From: Phycisphaerales bacterium
GTDB taxonomy: Bacteria > Planctomycetota > Phycisphaerae > Phycisphaerales > UBA1924
Reading direction: 5' to 3'
Length of the DNA stretch: 64,000 nucleotides
NCBI GenBank assembly: GCA_044221315.1
Contig: JBGAPK010000001.1
Coordinates: 32,840-96,839, forward strand
Below, in pieces: positions 1 to 9,670 of the stretch; positions within the stretch are counted from its first letter, which is position 1, and each line of letters starts with the position of its first letter. Below the pieces are notes generated by a model that worked only from the letters and a program-made list of their open reading frames with translations, was not told the origin of the DNA and did not search any database. The translations under genes and the position numbers were made by a program.

Positions 1-494
1 ATGAGCCACAGGCCTCGCAAATCTGTGAAAAGGCGCGTGGCAGCGACGTTTTGGTCTGCGCCAACTTCAACGCGCCGGGGCAGATCGTGCTTTCGGGCTC
101 CAAGGCGGCATGCGACCGCGTGGCACCCATTGCCAGTGAAATGGGCCTCCGAGCAACGCCGCTGGTCGTCGCCGGAGCATTCCACTCCCCGCTCATGCAG
201 CCGGCGGCCGACCGCCTCTTCGATGTGCTCCAGAAGACTCCGATCAAGGCCCCCCGCTGCCCGGTCTACGCCAATGTCACTGCGGTGGCCCACGAGAACG
301 ACCCGGCGGCCATCCGGAATCTGCTCGTGAAGCAGCTCACGAGCCCGGTGCGCTGGTCCCAATCGTGCGCCGCGATTGGGTCGGCACTCGCCGGCAAGGC
401 CGAGTTCCACGAACTCGCACCCGGCCGCACCCTTTCCGGCCTGTACCGCCGGATCAACAAAGAGGTCAAGGTCGCGACGCACGACGAGCCGTAG
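1..494 (+). CDS. fabD: malonyl CoA-ACP transacylase, C-terminal part (5' end lies upstream of the window)
   Basis: Frame 3 is open from nt 3. Translation ...VCANFNAPGQIVLSGSKAA...AGAFHSPLMQPA...VRWSQS fits the conserved FabD core. fabG lies downstream. Confidence 0.85.
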   Translation, partial: EPQASQICEKARGSDVLVCANFNAPGQIVLSGSKAACDRVAPIASEMGLRATPLVVAGAFHSPLMQPAADRLFDVLQKTPIKAPRCPVYANVTAVAHENDPAAIRNLLVKQLTSPVRWSQSCAAIGSALAGKAEFHELAPGRTLSGLYRRINKEVKVATHDEP

Positions 495-533
495 CGCCCA
501 CGCGTTCAATCACCGAAGAACTCAGGACCCCGC

Positions 534-1109
534 ATGCGATTCCCCCTCATCCAAACCTCGCTCATGACACTCTCGGTTGTCGGGCTCTGCCTGTTGCCCG
601 GCTGCGGCAGCAAGAAACCGCCTCCCAAACCCGTGGCCCCCGTCGCCGCCCCGCCCCCGCCTCCGCCAAAGCAGATGGAGGTGAGCGGGCTGCTCCAGAC
701 GATGCACGCCGACAAGCGCGTTCAGTTCCCCCAAGAGAAAGCGCCGGTGGATGAAAGCGTCGCCCGCGCGGTCATCGACCTCGCGAACGCGATCGCCAAA
801 GGTGATGCTAAGGCGATGGAGGGATTACTCGTCAACATTGGCAAGGACGCTCTTGGCCAGCTCCAGAGCAGCGGCCAATGGGAGGACTCGACCGCGAAGA
901 TCGAAGCCGTGCGCGTGGTCGAGCTCTCGGCGCCGGGGGCAAAGCCGGCGAGCTTCACAGTGTCGCTCGCGATCCAGGAGCCCGGCGTCGCCTACGTCGT
1001 GCGATTCGCGGGAACGCTCGATAACGGCAAATACGTCTTCACGGGCGCTCCCGGCGGACGCAAAACACACCCGCGTGCCAACCAGTTTGACGACGGACAG
1101 TTCGATTGA
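534..1109 (+). CDS. hypothetical lipoprotein with Pro-rich linker
   Basis: N-terminal signal with lipobox LLPGC, then PPPKPVAPVAAPPPPPPK linker. Protein-like composition. No family recognised. Confidence 0.6.
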   Translation: MRFPLIQTSLMTLSVVGLCLLPGCGSKKPPPKPVAPVAAPPPPPPKQMEVSGLLQTMHADKRVQFPQEKAPVDESVARAVIDLANAIAKGDAKAMEGLLVNIGKDALGQLQSSGQWEDSTAKIEAVRVVELSAPGAKPASFTVSLAIQEPGVAYVVRFAGTLDNGKYVFTGAPGGRKTHPRANQFDDGQFD

Positions 1110-1148
1110 TCCGGTACCGATTCTGGCCCCACCACTTCCGAGTCCACA

Positions 1149-1895
1149 ATGACCGAAACTTCCAATCGCGTCGCCGTCGTCACCGGAGCATCCCGCGGCA
1201 TCGGCCGCGCCATCGCGCAGCGCCTCGCCCGCGATGGCCGGCATGTTGTCCTCGTCGCCCGCACCGAGTCGGCGCTGAACGACGTCAAGCACGGCATTGA
1301 GTCCAACGGGGGATCCGCTTCCGTGGTTGCCGCCGACATCGCCGATCCCAAGGCCTTCGCCGCCGCGATCGAGAAAATAGCCGAGACCCACGGGCGCCTC
1401 GACATCCTCGTCAACAACGCGGGGATCACCAAGGACGGCCTGGCTCTCCGCATGAGCGACGAGGACTGGAATCTGGTTCTCGCGACCAATCTGACGAGCG
1501 CCTTTGTCGCGATCCGCGCGGCAGCCCGGGCCATGATGAAGGGCAAGTTCGGCCGCATCGTCAATATCTCGTCCACCAGCGGCGTTGTCGGCAATGCCGG
1601 ACAGGCCAATTACGCAGCCGCGAAAAGTGGCCTCATCGGCCTTTCCAAGTCCATCGCCCGCGAACTGGGCGGCAAAAACATCACCTGCAACGTCATCGCG
1701 CCGGGGTACATCGAAACCGATATGACGCAGAACCTGCCCCAGCAGATCAAGGACCAGATCCTGGGCATGATCGCCGTCAAGCGGCTCGGGGTTGCCGACG
1801 ACATTGCCGCGGCAGTGGCCTACGCCACCAGCGATGAGGCCGGCTTCTTCACCGGGCAGACGATCGTCGTCGACGGCGGCATGACCATGGCCTGA
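1149..1895 (+). CDS. fabG: 3-oxoacyl-ACP reductase (SDR family)
   Basis: TGASRGIGRAIA cofactor motif, NNAGI, and a YAAAK catalytic motif. Length 248 aa. Genomic context with fabD. Confidence 0.93.
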   Translation: MTETSNRVAVVTGASRGIGRAIAQRLARDGRHVVLVARTESALNDVKHGIESNGGSASVVAADIADPKAFAAAIEKIAETHGRLDILVNNAGITKDGLALRMSDEDWNLVLATNLTSAFVAIRAAARAMMKGKFGRIVNISSTSGVVGNAGQANYAAAKSGLIGLSKSIARELGGKNITCNVIAPGYIETDMTQNLPQQIKDQILGMIAVKRLGVADDIAAAVAYATSDEAGFFTGQTIVVDGGMTMA

Positions 1896-1936
1896 TCACG
1901 CGAACGCAATGAACGCTCGGGCTGCCCGCAAACCGA

Positions 1937-2503
1937 CTATTTCTTTCGGGTCAGTTCAAAGCCAAACGTCTTGTTCACCGGTTCCCCTTTCTCGTCGAGC
2001 CGGTGGTCCTCGACCCGGACATGATCCGCATCCAGGCGAGTGAAGACCGAGCGAACCTTGACCTTTGTCCCGTCCTTGCGGGTCTGCTCCGAGATCAGCG
2101 TCAGAACGCCGCCGGCGTCGTCCAGCGTGCCGGTCTCATTGAACTGGTAGTACGAATCTACGTTAAGCCATACGGTGCGGTAGTGCTCCTTCTCCGCATC
2201 GTACGTGAAGTACCCGACAAACCGGTTGTTCTCGCTCTTGCCCCCGTCGACCTCGGCGTCGAACTCGAGGCGCAAGAACGCACCGCCGAAGTCCGATGCG
2301 ATTGTCCAGCCCCCCACCTGTGAAATCTCGCCCGCCGGACTCCCGAGCATTCCTTTGCCGTCCCATTCGCCTTTGAGCCACGACAAGCGATTCATCTCGG
2401 AATCAACGGACTTCCTTTGCTCTCCCGGCGCTTCCCCTCCTCCGGCGCCGAGGACCAGAATCGTTGTACAAGCAATCAATCCAACCAATGCCATTCGCTT
2501 CAT
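1937..2503 (-). CDS. hypothetical secreted protein (DUF1579-like by memory)
   Basis: The internal ATG at 2503 gives MKRMALVGLIACTTILVLGAGG, a signal peptide. The longer 350-aa ORF upstream of it is Arg-rich and not protein-like. Confidence 0.6.
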   Translation of the reverse strand: MKRMALVGLIACTTILVLGAGGGEAPGEQRKSVDSEMNRLSWLKGEWDGKGMLGSPAGEISQVGGWTIASDFGGAFLRLEFDAEVDGGKSENNRFVGYFTYDAEKEHYRTVWLNVDSYYQFNETGTLDDAGGVLTLISEQTRKDGTKVKVRSVFTRLDADHVRVEDHRLDEKGEPVNKTFGFELTRKK

Positions 2504-2625
2504 CGTGCCGCTCCATTTCCCCAACGAACAGCGTCGCCACACCGACAGCGGAACCTGAACCAGATTACCAACGAGGCCTTTTATCGCCATCCACCCCGGG
2601 AGTTTCACACGCCTCGCCCGCAATC

Positions 2626-3243
2626 CTACGAATACCGCACAAATCCAAGATGCAGCTCGGCGTGCCGCAGATTCAACTGCGCCCATTCCTCGTGCGTCAT
2701 CTCGCCAAAAATCGGACTTGCGCGGGCCGGCTTCTCCCGCCTGAGGCGTTCGAACGAATTCACGACACGCGACCGTCCATCCTCCGTCGAAATCGCCTCG
2801 GTCGCGTACGTTCCCCCAGGAACCCGCGGGATCTTCACTCCCCTCGGCATCGGACCCTTGATGAATTTGTGCTTCTGGAACTTCAGGATGAACCGGATGA
2901 TCCACGGCGGCTTCATCTCCGACGGATAGCCGTCGAAGGCGTAGTCGATCCACGAAGACAGGTGCCCGAATATCTGACCGGCGGTCCAATTGCCGCAGCG
3001 CTTCAGGCGTCCGTCCCGGTCCGCCATGGCAACCCGTTCAATTTCGGCCACTGCATCATCGATCGAGTCGAAGCGTATTTCTCGCCAGCCATTGGTGCCG
3101 GAGGGCACCTGAGCAGTATCAATGGAATTCGCCATGGCATCCAGCATACCAGCGTGGGCCAGCCCGGACGGACTTTGTTCGGAATTCAAAATTCTCGGAT
3201 TCAGGTCGGGGATTGGCTTGCCTTCGAACCCCGATTCGGGCAT
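2626..3243 (-). CDS. DinB-superfamily / DUF1569-like protein
   Basis: C-terminal ...THEEWAQLNLRHAELHLGF... and ...GNWTAGQIFGHLSSWIDY... resemble DUF1569/DinB helices. Start at ATG 3243 or 3147. The upstream part of the 382-aa ORF is antisense to the next gene. Confidence 0.6.
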   Translation of the reverse strand: MPESGFEGKPIPDLNPRILNSEQSPSGLAHAGMLDAMANSIDTAQVPSGTNGWREIRFDSIDDAVAEIERVAMADRDGRLKRCGNWTAGQIFGHLSSWIDYAFDGYPSEMKPPWIIRFILKFQKHKFIKGPMPRGVKIPRVPGGTYATEAISTEDGRSRVVNSFERLRREKPARASPIFGEMTHEEWAQLNLRHAELHLGFVRYS

Positions 3244-3336
3244 AATGCGGAGACGGAAGGAATAGGAGCCTTCCGAGGCACGATTCGGATTCCGCCCCGA
3301 TGACCGCCGCTTGGTTTGGAGAGAGGGAGACATTTC

Positions 3337-3972
3337 ATGCACTGCAGATTCTTCGTTGCCGCGATCGCGGCAGGTTTTGCGTTGTCCGCGCACGGAGCGA
3401 TTCTGTCCGTCGGCGGTCAGGTCACGCAGATTGCGCAGCCGCTGGACGCGCGTTTTAATGTGATCACCAATCCGGCGACTGCGTATTGCTGGAACGAGAT
3501 CCAGAACTTCGCCCTCGATCGCGTCGTTGCGATCGACGCGTTCGCCCCCGGAACGTACAACCAGGCAGGCGATCTGGTGACAGCGAGCCTCGGCGTCGGC
3601 ACTGTGGTCCGGAGCCATTACATCCACTTTGATATCGCCCCGCAGTCGAGCGCGTCGATTCAGGGTCGTGTGCGATTCGACTCGCAGATCATCGGCGTGA
3701 TCGTGGTGAACGAGAGCGGCGCCCGCCACCTCGACGATTCCGACTTCCTCGGCGCCCCCACGCTCTTCACTCACGGCAACGACAACCGTGGGCTTGAATT
3801 CGCCACGGATGCCTTCCGGATCACGATCCTCGGCGACACGATCGAATTTGATCTCAGCATCACCCAGCCCGGCGATTTCATCCGCGTTCTGACCGCGGGC
3901 GATGTCCCGGCGCCCGGGGCGCTCGCTGTCGGCGGGCTCGCCCTGATCGGCGTCGCGCGCCGGCGCCGATAA
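3337..3972 (+). CDS. PEP-CTERM-type secreted protein, tandem paralog 1
   Basis: ATG at 3337 lies 6 nt after GAGAGGGAGA. Signal peptide MHCRFFVAAIAAGFALSAHG. C-terminal tail DVPAPGALAVGGLALIGVARRRR. About half the residues are shared with the next gene. Confidence 0.8.
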   Translation: MHCRFFVAAIAAGFALSAHGAILSVGGQVTQIAQPLDARFNVITNPATAYCWNEIQNFALDRVVAIDAFAPGTYNQAGDLVTASLGVGTVVRSHYIHFDIAPQSSASIQGRVRFDSQIIGVIVVNESGARHLDDSDFLGAPTLFTHGNDNRGLEFATDAFRITILGDTIEFDLSITQPGDFIRVLTAGDVPAPGALAVGGLALIGVARRRR

Positions 3973-3997
3973 CGACGGGCCTTCACTTTGTCAAAGG

Positions 3998-4032
3998 CGC
4001 GGCGGTCGTGCGGGCCGCCGCGTTTCTTTTTT
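3998..4032 (+). terminator. intrinsic terminator
   Basis: Perfect 8-bp stem CGCGGCGG/CCGCCGCG (3998-4005 / 4015-4022), 9-nt loop, then TTTCTTTTTT. Confidence 0.7.
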
Positions 4033-4137
4033 GTCTTCCAGAAGCCATGCGAATTCGACTTGCGGCGGAACCTGTCCCGTGCGACACTCTGTTCAGACGC
4101 GTTCGCCATGCCGCGCACGCGTGATGAGGAGAGAAAC

Positions 4138-4773
4138 ATGCAGAAGTTCGTTGTGCCCGCGGCCGCCGCCGCGACGCTTGTGGCGATCTCCCACGGCGCG
4201 ATCATCGGAGTTGCAGGACAGGCCCTGCAGATCTCGCAGCCGTCCGACGCCCAACTCGACGTGCTAACCAATACGACCACCGCGTTCTGCTGGAATGAAC
4301 TCCAGGATGTTGCGCTCAGCCAGGACGTCTGGGTGAACGCCCATTCACCGGGCGGATACGCGACGTCCGGCTCACTGGTCCACACGCAGATCCTGCAGGG
4401 AACGCGGGTTCGCAGCCACTTCATCCACTTCGACGCGCCACCCGGCGGCAGCGGTTCGATTCAGGGATTCGTCAAGTTCGACCGCCCCATTATCGGGGTG
4501 ATCGTCCTGAATCTCCCGGGCTTTCGCCATCTCGACGATTCGGACTTTCTGGGCGCCCCCACGCTCTTCACGCACGGCGCCGACGCCCGCGGCATGGAGA
4601 TGGGAACAGACTCGTTCACAATCCTGGGCTCCGGCGACACGATCCAGTTTTCGATGGGCATTTCCCAGCCGGGAGACTTCATCCGCGTCCTCACCGAGGG
4701 TGATGTTCCGGCCCCGGGGACGATGACGATTGCCGCGATGGCGGCGCTGTGCTCAGCACGCCGCCGCCGCTGA
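4138..4773 (+). CDS. PEP-CTERM-type secreted protein, tandem paralog 2
   Basis: ATG at 4138 follows GAGGAGAGAAAC. Signal peptide MQKFVVPAAAAATLVAISHG. Tail DVPAPGTMTIAAMAALCSARRRR. Shares the blocks RSH(Y/F)IHFD, HLDDSDFLGAPTLFTHG and QPGDFIRVLT with 3337..3972. Confidence 0.8.
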   Translation: MQKFVVPAAAAATLVAISHGAIIGVAGQALQISQPSDAQLDVLTNTTTAFCWNELQDVALSQDVWVNAHSPGGYATSGSLVHTQILQGTRVRSHFIHFDAPPGGSGSIQGFVKFDRPIIGVIVLNLPGFRHLDDSDFLGAPTLFTHGADARGMEMGTDSFTILGSGDTIQFSMGISQPGDFIRVLTEGDVPAPGTMTIAAMAALCSARRRR

Positions 4774-4838
4774 GCAAGCAGTCGTTTCCAAGCCCTCGCT
4801 TCGCGTCTCGGGGTGGGTGCGCCACTCCGGCTCGGGCA

Positions 4839-7181
4839 TCAGCGCGGCGTCGGGTGTCCCAGCGTTCGCTCGAAGAATCCCGCGATCCGCTCGTTCAGCC
4901 TCAGCACCATTTCGGGCTTGGTCACCATGTGCGTCTGCCCCGCGAGCGGCACAAACTCAAATGCCTTGCCTTCCCGAAAGAGCCGATCGGTCAGCTTCAG
5001 CGAATGCACAAAGTAGACGTTGTCGTCCGCCGTCCCCTGAATCACCAGCAGCGGCACGCGCAGATCCTTGCAATACGTCAGCACATCCGACGCGTCGTAC
5101 CCGGCCTTGTTCGCGTCGGGCAAGCCCAAGTACCGCTCGGTGTAGTGAGTGTCGTAGTCGCGCCAGTCGGTCACCGGAGCTCCCGCGACGCCTGCCTTGA
5201 AGACATCCGGCCGTCGCATCGCCGCCATCGACGAGAAGTACCCGCCGAACGACCAGCCGAAAACCCCAATCCGTTCGCGGTCCATCTCCGGGTACTTCTT
5301 GCAGAGCGCCTCGATGGCCTCGCACTGGTCCGCCAGCGGCACATCAATGAAGTTTCCCACGCCGCCCTTCTTCAGCACGCGCGACCAGTCGCGTCCGCGT
5401 CGTGGCGTTCCCCGGCCGTCGATGCTGACCACGATGAATCCCTGATCAGCGAACCATTGATTCTGGAGGTACGCCCTCGCGTTCGCGTTCACTTGGTTCG
5501 CCCCCGGCCCGCCGTACACGAAATCAAGCACCGGGTACCTCTTCTTCGGGTCAAAATCACGCGGACGGTTGATGACGGCCGCGTACTCACGCCCGCCCGC
5601 CGCGATGCGCACCCATTCGGGCTTGGCGGTGATCGAGGGCTCCGCCGCGATCGATCGGATCGTGCCGACTTGCTTTCCCTCCTCGAGACCGGGCTTGCCC
5701 TTGAAAACCTCGATCACGCCCGTCCCGTCGCGGTTCCGTCCGTGCAGTACCCACGTGGACATCGCCTCGTTGGTCGTGATTCCCATCTGGCCGCCCGGCG
5801 ATACCCCGCTCCCGCGCTGGGGCGAATCGGAGACGCACATCGCCTCTCCGTTCTTCAGGTCCACGCGGAGCACCTGCGCCTGGGCGCTGTCGGTGACGGG
5901 CACAGCACTGACAAGCAGTACGTCCGCCCGGTCGCAAACCTCGATCAGTCCTTCGATCTCCCATCCCTTGGGAACGATCTTCCTAACGATCCGCCCCTCC
6001 GTGTCACGCAACTGAATCTCCCAGCCGTCCGTTTCACCCTGCTCGCTCAGCCAGGCAAACCGCGTTCCGTCTGAAAGCCATGCCGGAATATCGTGCTCGA
6101 GCCCGATCCAGGCCGGGTCCTTCTCGTCGATCAGGACCTTGGTGGCGCCGCTTGCCGGATCGACCTCGAGCAGGACCTGTTCGGTCTGGCCCCGGTTCTG
6201 AACCAGGATTGTCATATTGCCGCGTTTGGGCCAATCTACGCGTGCCAGGTATGGATACTTCGCACGATCCCACCGCACCTCGGTGGAGCTCGCACTTGGG
6301 TCCGCGCCTGCCAGTTCGGGAGAGATCCACAGCGTCACCTCCGCGTTCGCCTTACCCGCACGCGGGTAGCGCCAGGGCTGTGGCTGCTTCGCGGGATCCG
6401 ACGGGTCGGGGATGTAGAACACCTCCAACTGGCCGTCATCGGTTCTCTGGTAGGCCAACCGCGTCGAATCGGGCGACCACCAGAACCCGTGCATCCGCTT
6501 CATCTCTTCTTGCGCGACAAATTCCGCTTCGCCGTAACTCACCGTTCCCTTCGCCTCCGGGCTCACACGCCGCGGCTCGCCCGTCTGCAGCGAGTTCATC
6601 CAGAGTGCGCCTTCTCGCACGAACGCGACGTGCGTCCCGCTCGGAGAAAGCCGCGGATCGATGACCGCGCCCCCGGTGTTGATCTCCTGGACCTGAGGCT
6701 TCCCGCCCTTCTCGATACTCAACATGGGGACTTTGAACAGGCGGCCGCTCAGCGGGATCAGCAGCGTCTTGCCGTCCTTCGAGAGCTCGAATCCCGCGAT
6801 CCCGCGGCTGCTCATCCGCATCCGCTCCCGGCGCGCCAGCTCTTCCGCAGAGAGCTTCTCATCGCCCTTGCCGAGCAAATCCGAAGCGCTCAGGACTTTC
6901 CTTTCCTTGCCGGTGGTCGCGTCGAAGAGCCAGAGTTCCTGCGCAAAGTTCGTCGGCCCTTCGCTCCGAAGGAACAGCACATCATTCCCGTCGGGCGTGA
7001 CCCTGAACGCCCCCGGTTCGCCCAGCCGGAAACGATTGGTCCTGGCGAACTGCTCCAGAAATTCCGGGTTCTTGACGCCCTGCGCCGGCGAGCCCGCTCC
7101 GCCCCCCGCCACCTGCTGTGCCGTTGCCATCGTTGCAGTCACCATCAACCCCGCGAGGAAGCCGGCATGAATTGTGCGCAT
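4839..7181 (-). CDS. S9-family dipeptidyl peptidase IV-like serine peptidase
   Basis: 780 aa. Signal peptide, beta-propeller-like N-terminal half, and a C-terminal alpha/beta hydrolase domain with the nucleophile elbow GWSFGGY. Confidence 0.9.
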   Translation of the reverse strand: MRTIHAGFLAGLMVTATMATAQQVAGGGAGSPAQGVKNPEFLEQFARTNRFRLGEPGAFRVTPDGNDVLFLRSEGPTNFAQELWLFDATTGKERKVLSASDLLGKGDEKLSAEELARRERMRMSSRGIAGFELSKDGKTLLIPLSGRLFKVPMLSIEKGGKPQVQEINTGGAVIDPRLSPSGTHVAFVREGALWMNSLQTGEPRRVSPEAKGTVSYGEAEFVAQEEMKRMHGFWWSPDSTRLAYQRTDDGQLEVFYIPDPSDPAKQPQPWRYPRAGKANAEVTLWISPELAGADPSASSTEVRWDRAKYPYLARVDWPKRGNMTILVQNRGQTEQVLLEVDPASGATKVLIDEKDPAWIGLEHDIPAWLSDGTRFAWLSEQGETDGWEIQLRDTEGRIVRKIVPKGWEIEGLIEVCDRADVLLVSAVPVTDSAQAQVLRVDLKNGEAMCVSDSPQRGSGVSPGGQMGITTNEAMSTWVLHGRNRDGTGVIEVFKGKPGLEEGKQVGTIRSIAAEPSITAKPEWVRIAAGGREYAAVINRPRDFDPKKRYPVLDFVYGGPGANQVNANARAYLQNQWFADQGFIVVSIDGRGTPRRGRDWSRVLKKGGVGNFIDVPLADQCEAIEALCKKYPEMDRERIGVFGWSFGGYFSSMAAMRRPDVFKAGVAGAPVTDWRDYDTHYTERYLGLPDANKAGYDASDVLTYCKDLRVPLLVIQGTADDNVYFVHSLKLTDRLFREGKAFEFVPLAGQTHMVTKPEMVLRLNERIAGFFERTLGHPTPR

Positions 7182-7235
7182 ACCGAAGAATACCGACCAA
7201 ACCGATCCCGGTGTCTCGGGTAAGCGGACTCGGCA

Positions 7236-8444
7236 CTAATAGTGGTCCGTCATCCACGGCGTGCCGCCGGCGAACGCTGCTCCAAGAACGTCCAAGCCGG
7301 CTTCGTCCCCGTCGCACATTGCAAGCCCCTTCGCCTGGCGGGGCGAATAGAGGCCGCTGTACATCGCGGCCAAGGCACGCACATCACAGGAAATGTTGCC
7401 CGCCTTGACACGGCCGGCCCGACCGTCCTTCGACTTACTGACTCTCGCTCTCCCGGCATCAAATTCGACGCGCCAGGTTCCCCTGTTTGAAGCGATCACG
7501 TCGTCGCGAATTTCAACGGCTACGTTCCCCCGCACCGCCTTGGAGTATCCCCGGGCTTCCAGAGCCTTTTTCACGTCCACCACGCGGAGCATCCAGTAGT
7601 CCTTGAGCTTCACCTCGTACCGCTGCTGGGGCAGCAGCGTAAGCAGCGGATGGAGCGGCCCGCCGCCGAGTTGCACGACGTCACCCATCGGTTCATAGTC
7701 GGCGAGGAACGCGAGCAGCTGGCGCGCCCCGTCCGCGTTCAAAAACGCCAGGTCCGAGAGATGAATGTCGTGCCTTCCGGTGGTGTCAACTCGCTGCTGG
7801 GTGAGATACAGATATCCCTCGAGCACGCCCTTCTCGCTGAGCACGCCGTAGCCCTGAAACTTGGCGTCGCGCATCTCGCGGATTCGTTTCCAGATGTACT
7901 CGCCTCGGTCGAGCATGCCGTTGTAGTTTCTCGCGAATATCCGGTAGCACGCGGCGACGCGCTCGTGGTCGGAATCCTGAAGCGCCACCACGCGCCGCAC
8001 TCCGCGCTTGACCTGAAGACGCGCGATCGGTATCCGCGTGATGAAGCGGTGTCCCGCCTGCTCGAACCCGGACTGCCGGTAGAGTGCCTGCGTCGAGGCG
8101 TAGAGCCCGCCGATCGCCACGCCATCCTCGTGCATCTCCCGCACGCACGCCTCCATCATTTGGCGCGCGTGCCCCTTGCCCCTCATCTCGGGCGCAGTCG
8201 CCACCCCCGCGATCCCGACCAGCGGCACGCTGCGCCCGCCGAAATACTGCCCCATCCGGATCCGGCGCAGGCACGCGGGAATCGCCCTCCCCTCGCGGAG
8301 CACGCGGATGTTCTCCAGGCCGTTCTCCGTGACCCACTTCGTGCTTCCCTCGAGCGTCCCGGCGAACGCCAGCGAAATCAGCCTCGCCACAGCGGGAATG
8401 TCCTGGTTCTTTGGGGGGCCGAAACTGATCATCTGGTCCATCAT
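7236..8444 (-). CDS. GNAT N-acetyltransferase, Eis-like (GNAT plus SCP2-like C-terminal domain)
   Basis: 402 aa. The acetyl-CoA motif region VATAPEMRGKGHARQMM and the overall length and architecture are typical of Eis-type enzymes. Confidence 0.8.
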   Translation of the reverse strand: MMDQMISFGPPKNQDIPAVARLISLAFAGTLEGSTKWVTENGLENIRVLREGRAIPACLRRIRMGQYFGGRSVPLVGIAGVATAPEMRGKGHARQMMEACVREMHEDGVAIGGLYASTQALYRQSGFEQAGHRFITRIPIARLQVKRGVRRVVALQDSDHERVAACYRIFARNYNGMLDRGEYIWKRIREMRDAKFQGYGVLSEKGVLEGYLYLTQQRVDTTGRHDIHLSDLAFLNADGARQLLAFLADYEPMGDVVQLGGGPLHPLLTLLPQQRYEVKLKDYWMLRVVDVKKALEARGYSKAVRGNVAVEIRDDVIASNRGTWRVEFDAGRARVSKSKDGRAGRVKAGNISCDVRALAAMYSGLYSPRQAKGLAMCDGDEAGLDVLGAAFAGGTPWMTDHY

Positions 8445-8455
8445 TACTCCCGGAG

Positions 8456-8971
8456 TTAGCCCTGCTTGTACGACTCCCGGTCCACGATCTCCATATACCG
8501 CGACGGATCGGGCATCGCTGCAAACCCGAATTGCGAATACAGCCCGTGCGCGTCGCGGGTCATCAGGCAGAGCCTTCGCAACCCACGCAGTTCCGGGTGC
8601 TCCACGATGGCCCGCATCAGCCGCTTGCTCAGGCCCCGGCCCCGATACTCCTCCAGTATGAACACATCGGCGATGTAGCCGTACGACGCCTTGTCGGTAA
8701 TGACTCGGGCGAATCCGATCTGCTTCAGAAGCCCCCTCCCCGAGCGAGGGGGTTGTCGGTGGGTGAATTCTGGTTCATTCTTTGCGTCCCGCGCCTGCAC
8801 CCGCTCGTACACCCCAAAGCACATCGAATTCTCGATTCCCCGCTCCACCCGCACCCGCGCAATCCCCGGCGACCAATAGCATGAACGCAGGAATTCGTGG
8901 ATCGTGTCCACGTCCAGCAGCAACTTATCCGTCGAGATCAGGTAGTCAATGTGCGCCGCTGCGCTCCCCAT
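8456..8971 (-). CDS. GNAT family N-acetyltransferase
   Basis: Start at ATG 8971 (MGSAAAHIDYLISTDKLLLDVDTIHEFL...). EEYRGRGLSKRLM is the acetyl-CoA binding motif. The upstream part of the 278-aa ORF is not protein-like. Confidence 0.75.
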   Translation of the reverse strand: MGSAAAHIDYLISTDKLLLDVDTIHEFLRSCYWSPGIARVRVERGIENSMCFGVYERVQARDAKNEPEFTHRQPPRSGRGLLKQIGFARVITDKASYGYIADVFILEEYRGRGLSKRLMRAIVEHPELRGLRRLCLMTRDAHGLYSQFGFAAMPDPSRYMEIVDRESYKQG

Positions 8972-9569
8972 GTCCGAGAGTATCACACAATCCTCGCCAG
9001 TACCTCCCCGACGCCGACGGTGGAAGCGCTGGCACCTGGGCCTCATCCTCGTGCTCCTCGCGATCTCGGCGGTCTGGCTCTCGTCCGCCTTTTTCTCCCT
9101 GACACTGCGCCACGACAAGGCCGGCTCGGTTGTCCTCCGGGGCGGCGCCTTCGAAGTCTGGACACTCACCGAGCAGGCCGAGCGGAGCCAATCACGCGAG
9201 CAGTACGAGCGGGAACCTCCGTGGACCATCCGCTGGGCGTGGCCGTTTGATCGTGGCCACTTCGTGGATACGTCGATGCCCGAGTTTCGCAACGGAGAGT
9301 CGGTGGGCTGGCACCCGCCACGCAGCCCGGAATTGCTTCTCCGCCCCTATCTGACGCGCAGCACGTCGTCCTGGTTCATGCGGGCCCCGCTCTGGCTCGC
9401 GGTCCTGCCTCTGACGCTCCTGGTCGTCGGACTCCGCATCCGCGACGTGCGCTCGCCCTACGTCCCGACGTGCGAACGCTGCGGCTACTGCCTTTCCGGG
9501 ATCACGGAAAACCCGGATTCGCGAATCGTCTGCCCCGAGTGCGGCAAAGAGCAGGCCCAAAGCGCCTGA
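8970..9569 (+). CDS. membrane protein with C-terminal zinc-ribbon (CxxCGY...CPECG)
   Basis: Two hydrophobic helices (LGLILVLLAISAVWLSSAFF, LWLAVLPLTLLVVGL). C-terminus is TCERCGYCLSGITENPDSRIVCPECGK. The start is uncertain because ATG 8970 overlaps the divergent GNAT start. Confidence 0.5.
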   Translation: MSESITQSSPVPPRRRRWKRWHLGLILVLLAISAVWLSSAFFSLTLRHDKAGSVVLRGGAFEVWTLTEQAERSQSREQYEREPPWTIRWAWPFDRGHFVDTSMPEFRNGESVGWHPPRSPELLLRPYLTRSTSSWFMRAPLWLAVLPLTLLVVGLRIRDVRSPYVPTCERCGYCLSGITENPDSRIVCPECGKEQAQSA

Positions 9570-9670
9570 AGCGGAGGCAAGGCTCCGCCCCAGGCGTCCA
9601 TGGTTCGACAAGGGCTCGCTTCGAAGCGCTCTCGCACCGCGGCCCCAACGGCGAGCACCAGTGCGCATCA

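Noticed and set aside
4749-7223. Plus-strand ORFs 4749-6074 and 6093-7223
   Set aside because: They are antisense to the S9 peptidase gene (GWSFGG nucleophile, 780-aa continuous ORF). Their translations are Arg/His/Pro-rich.
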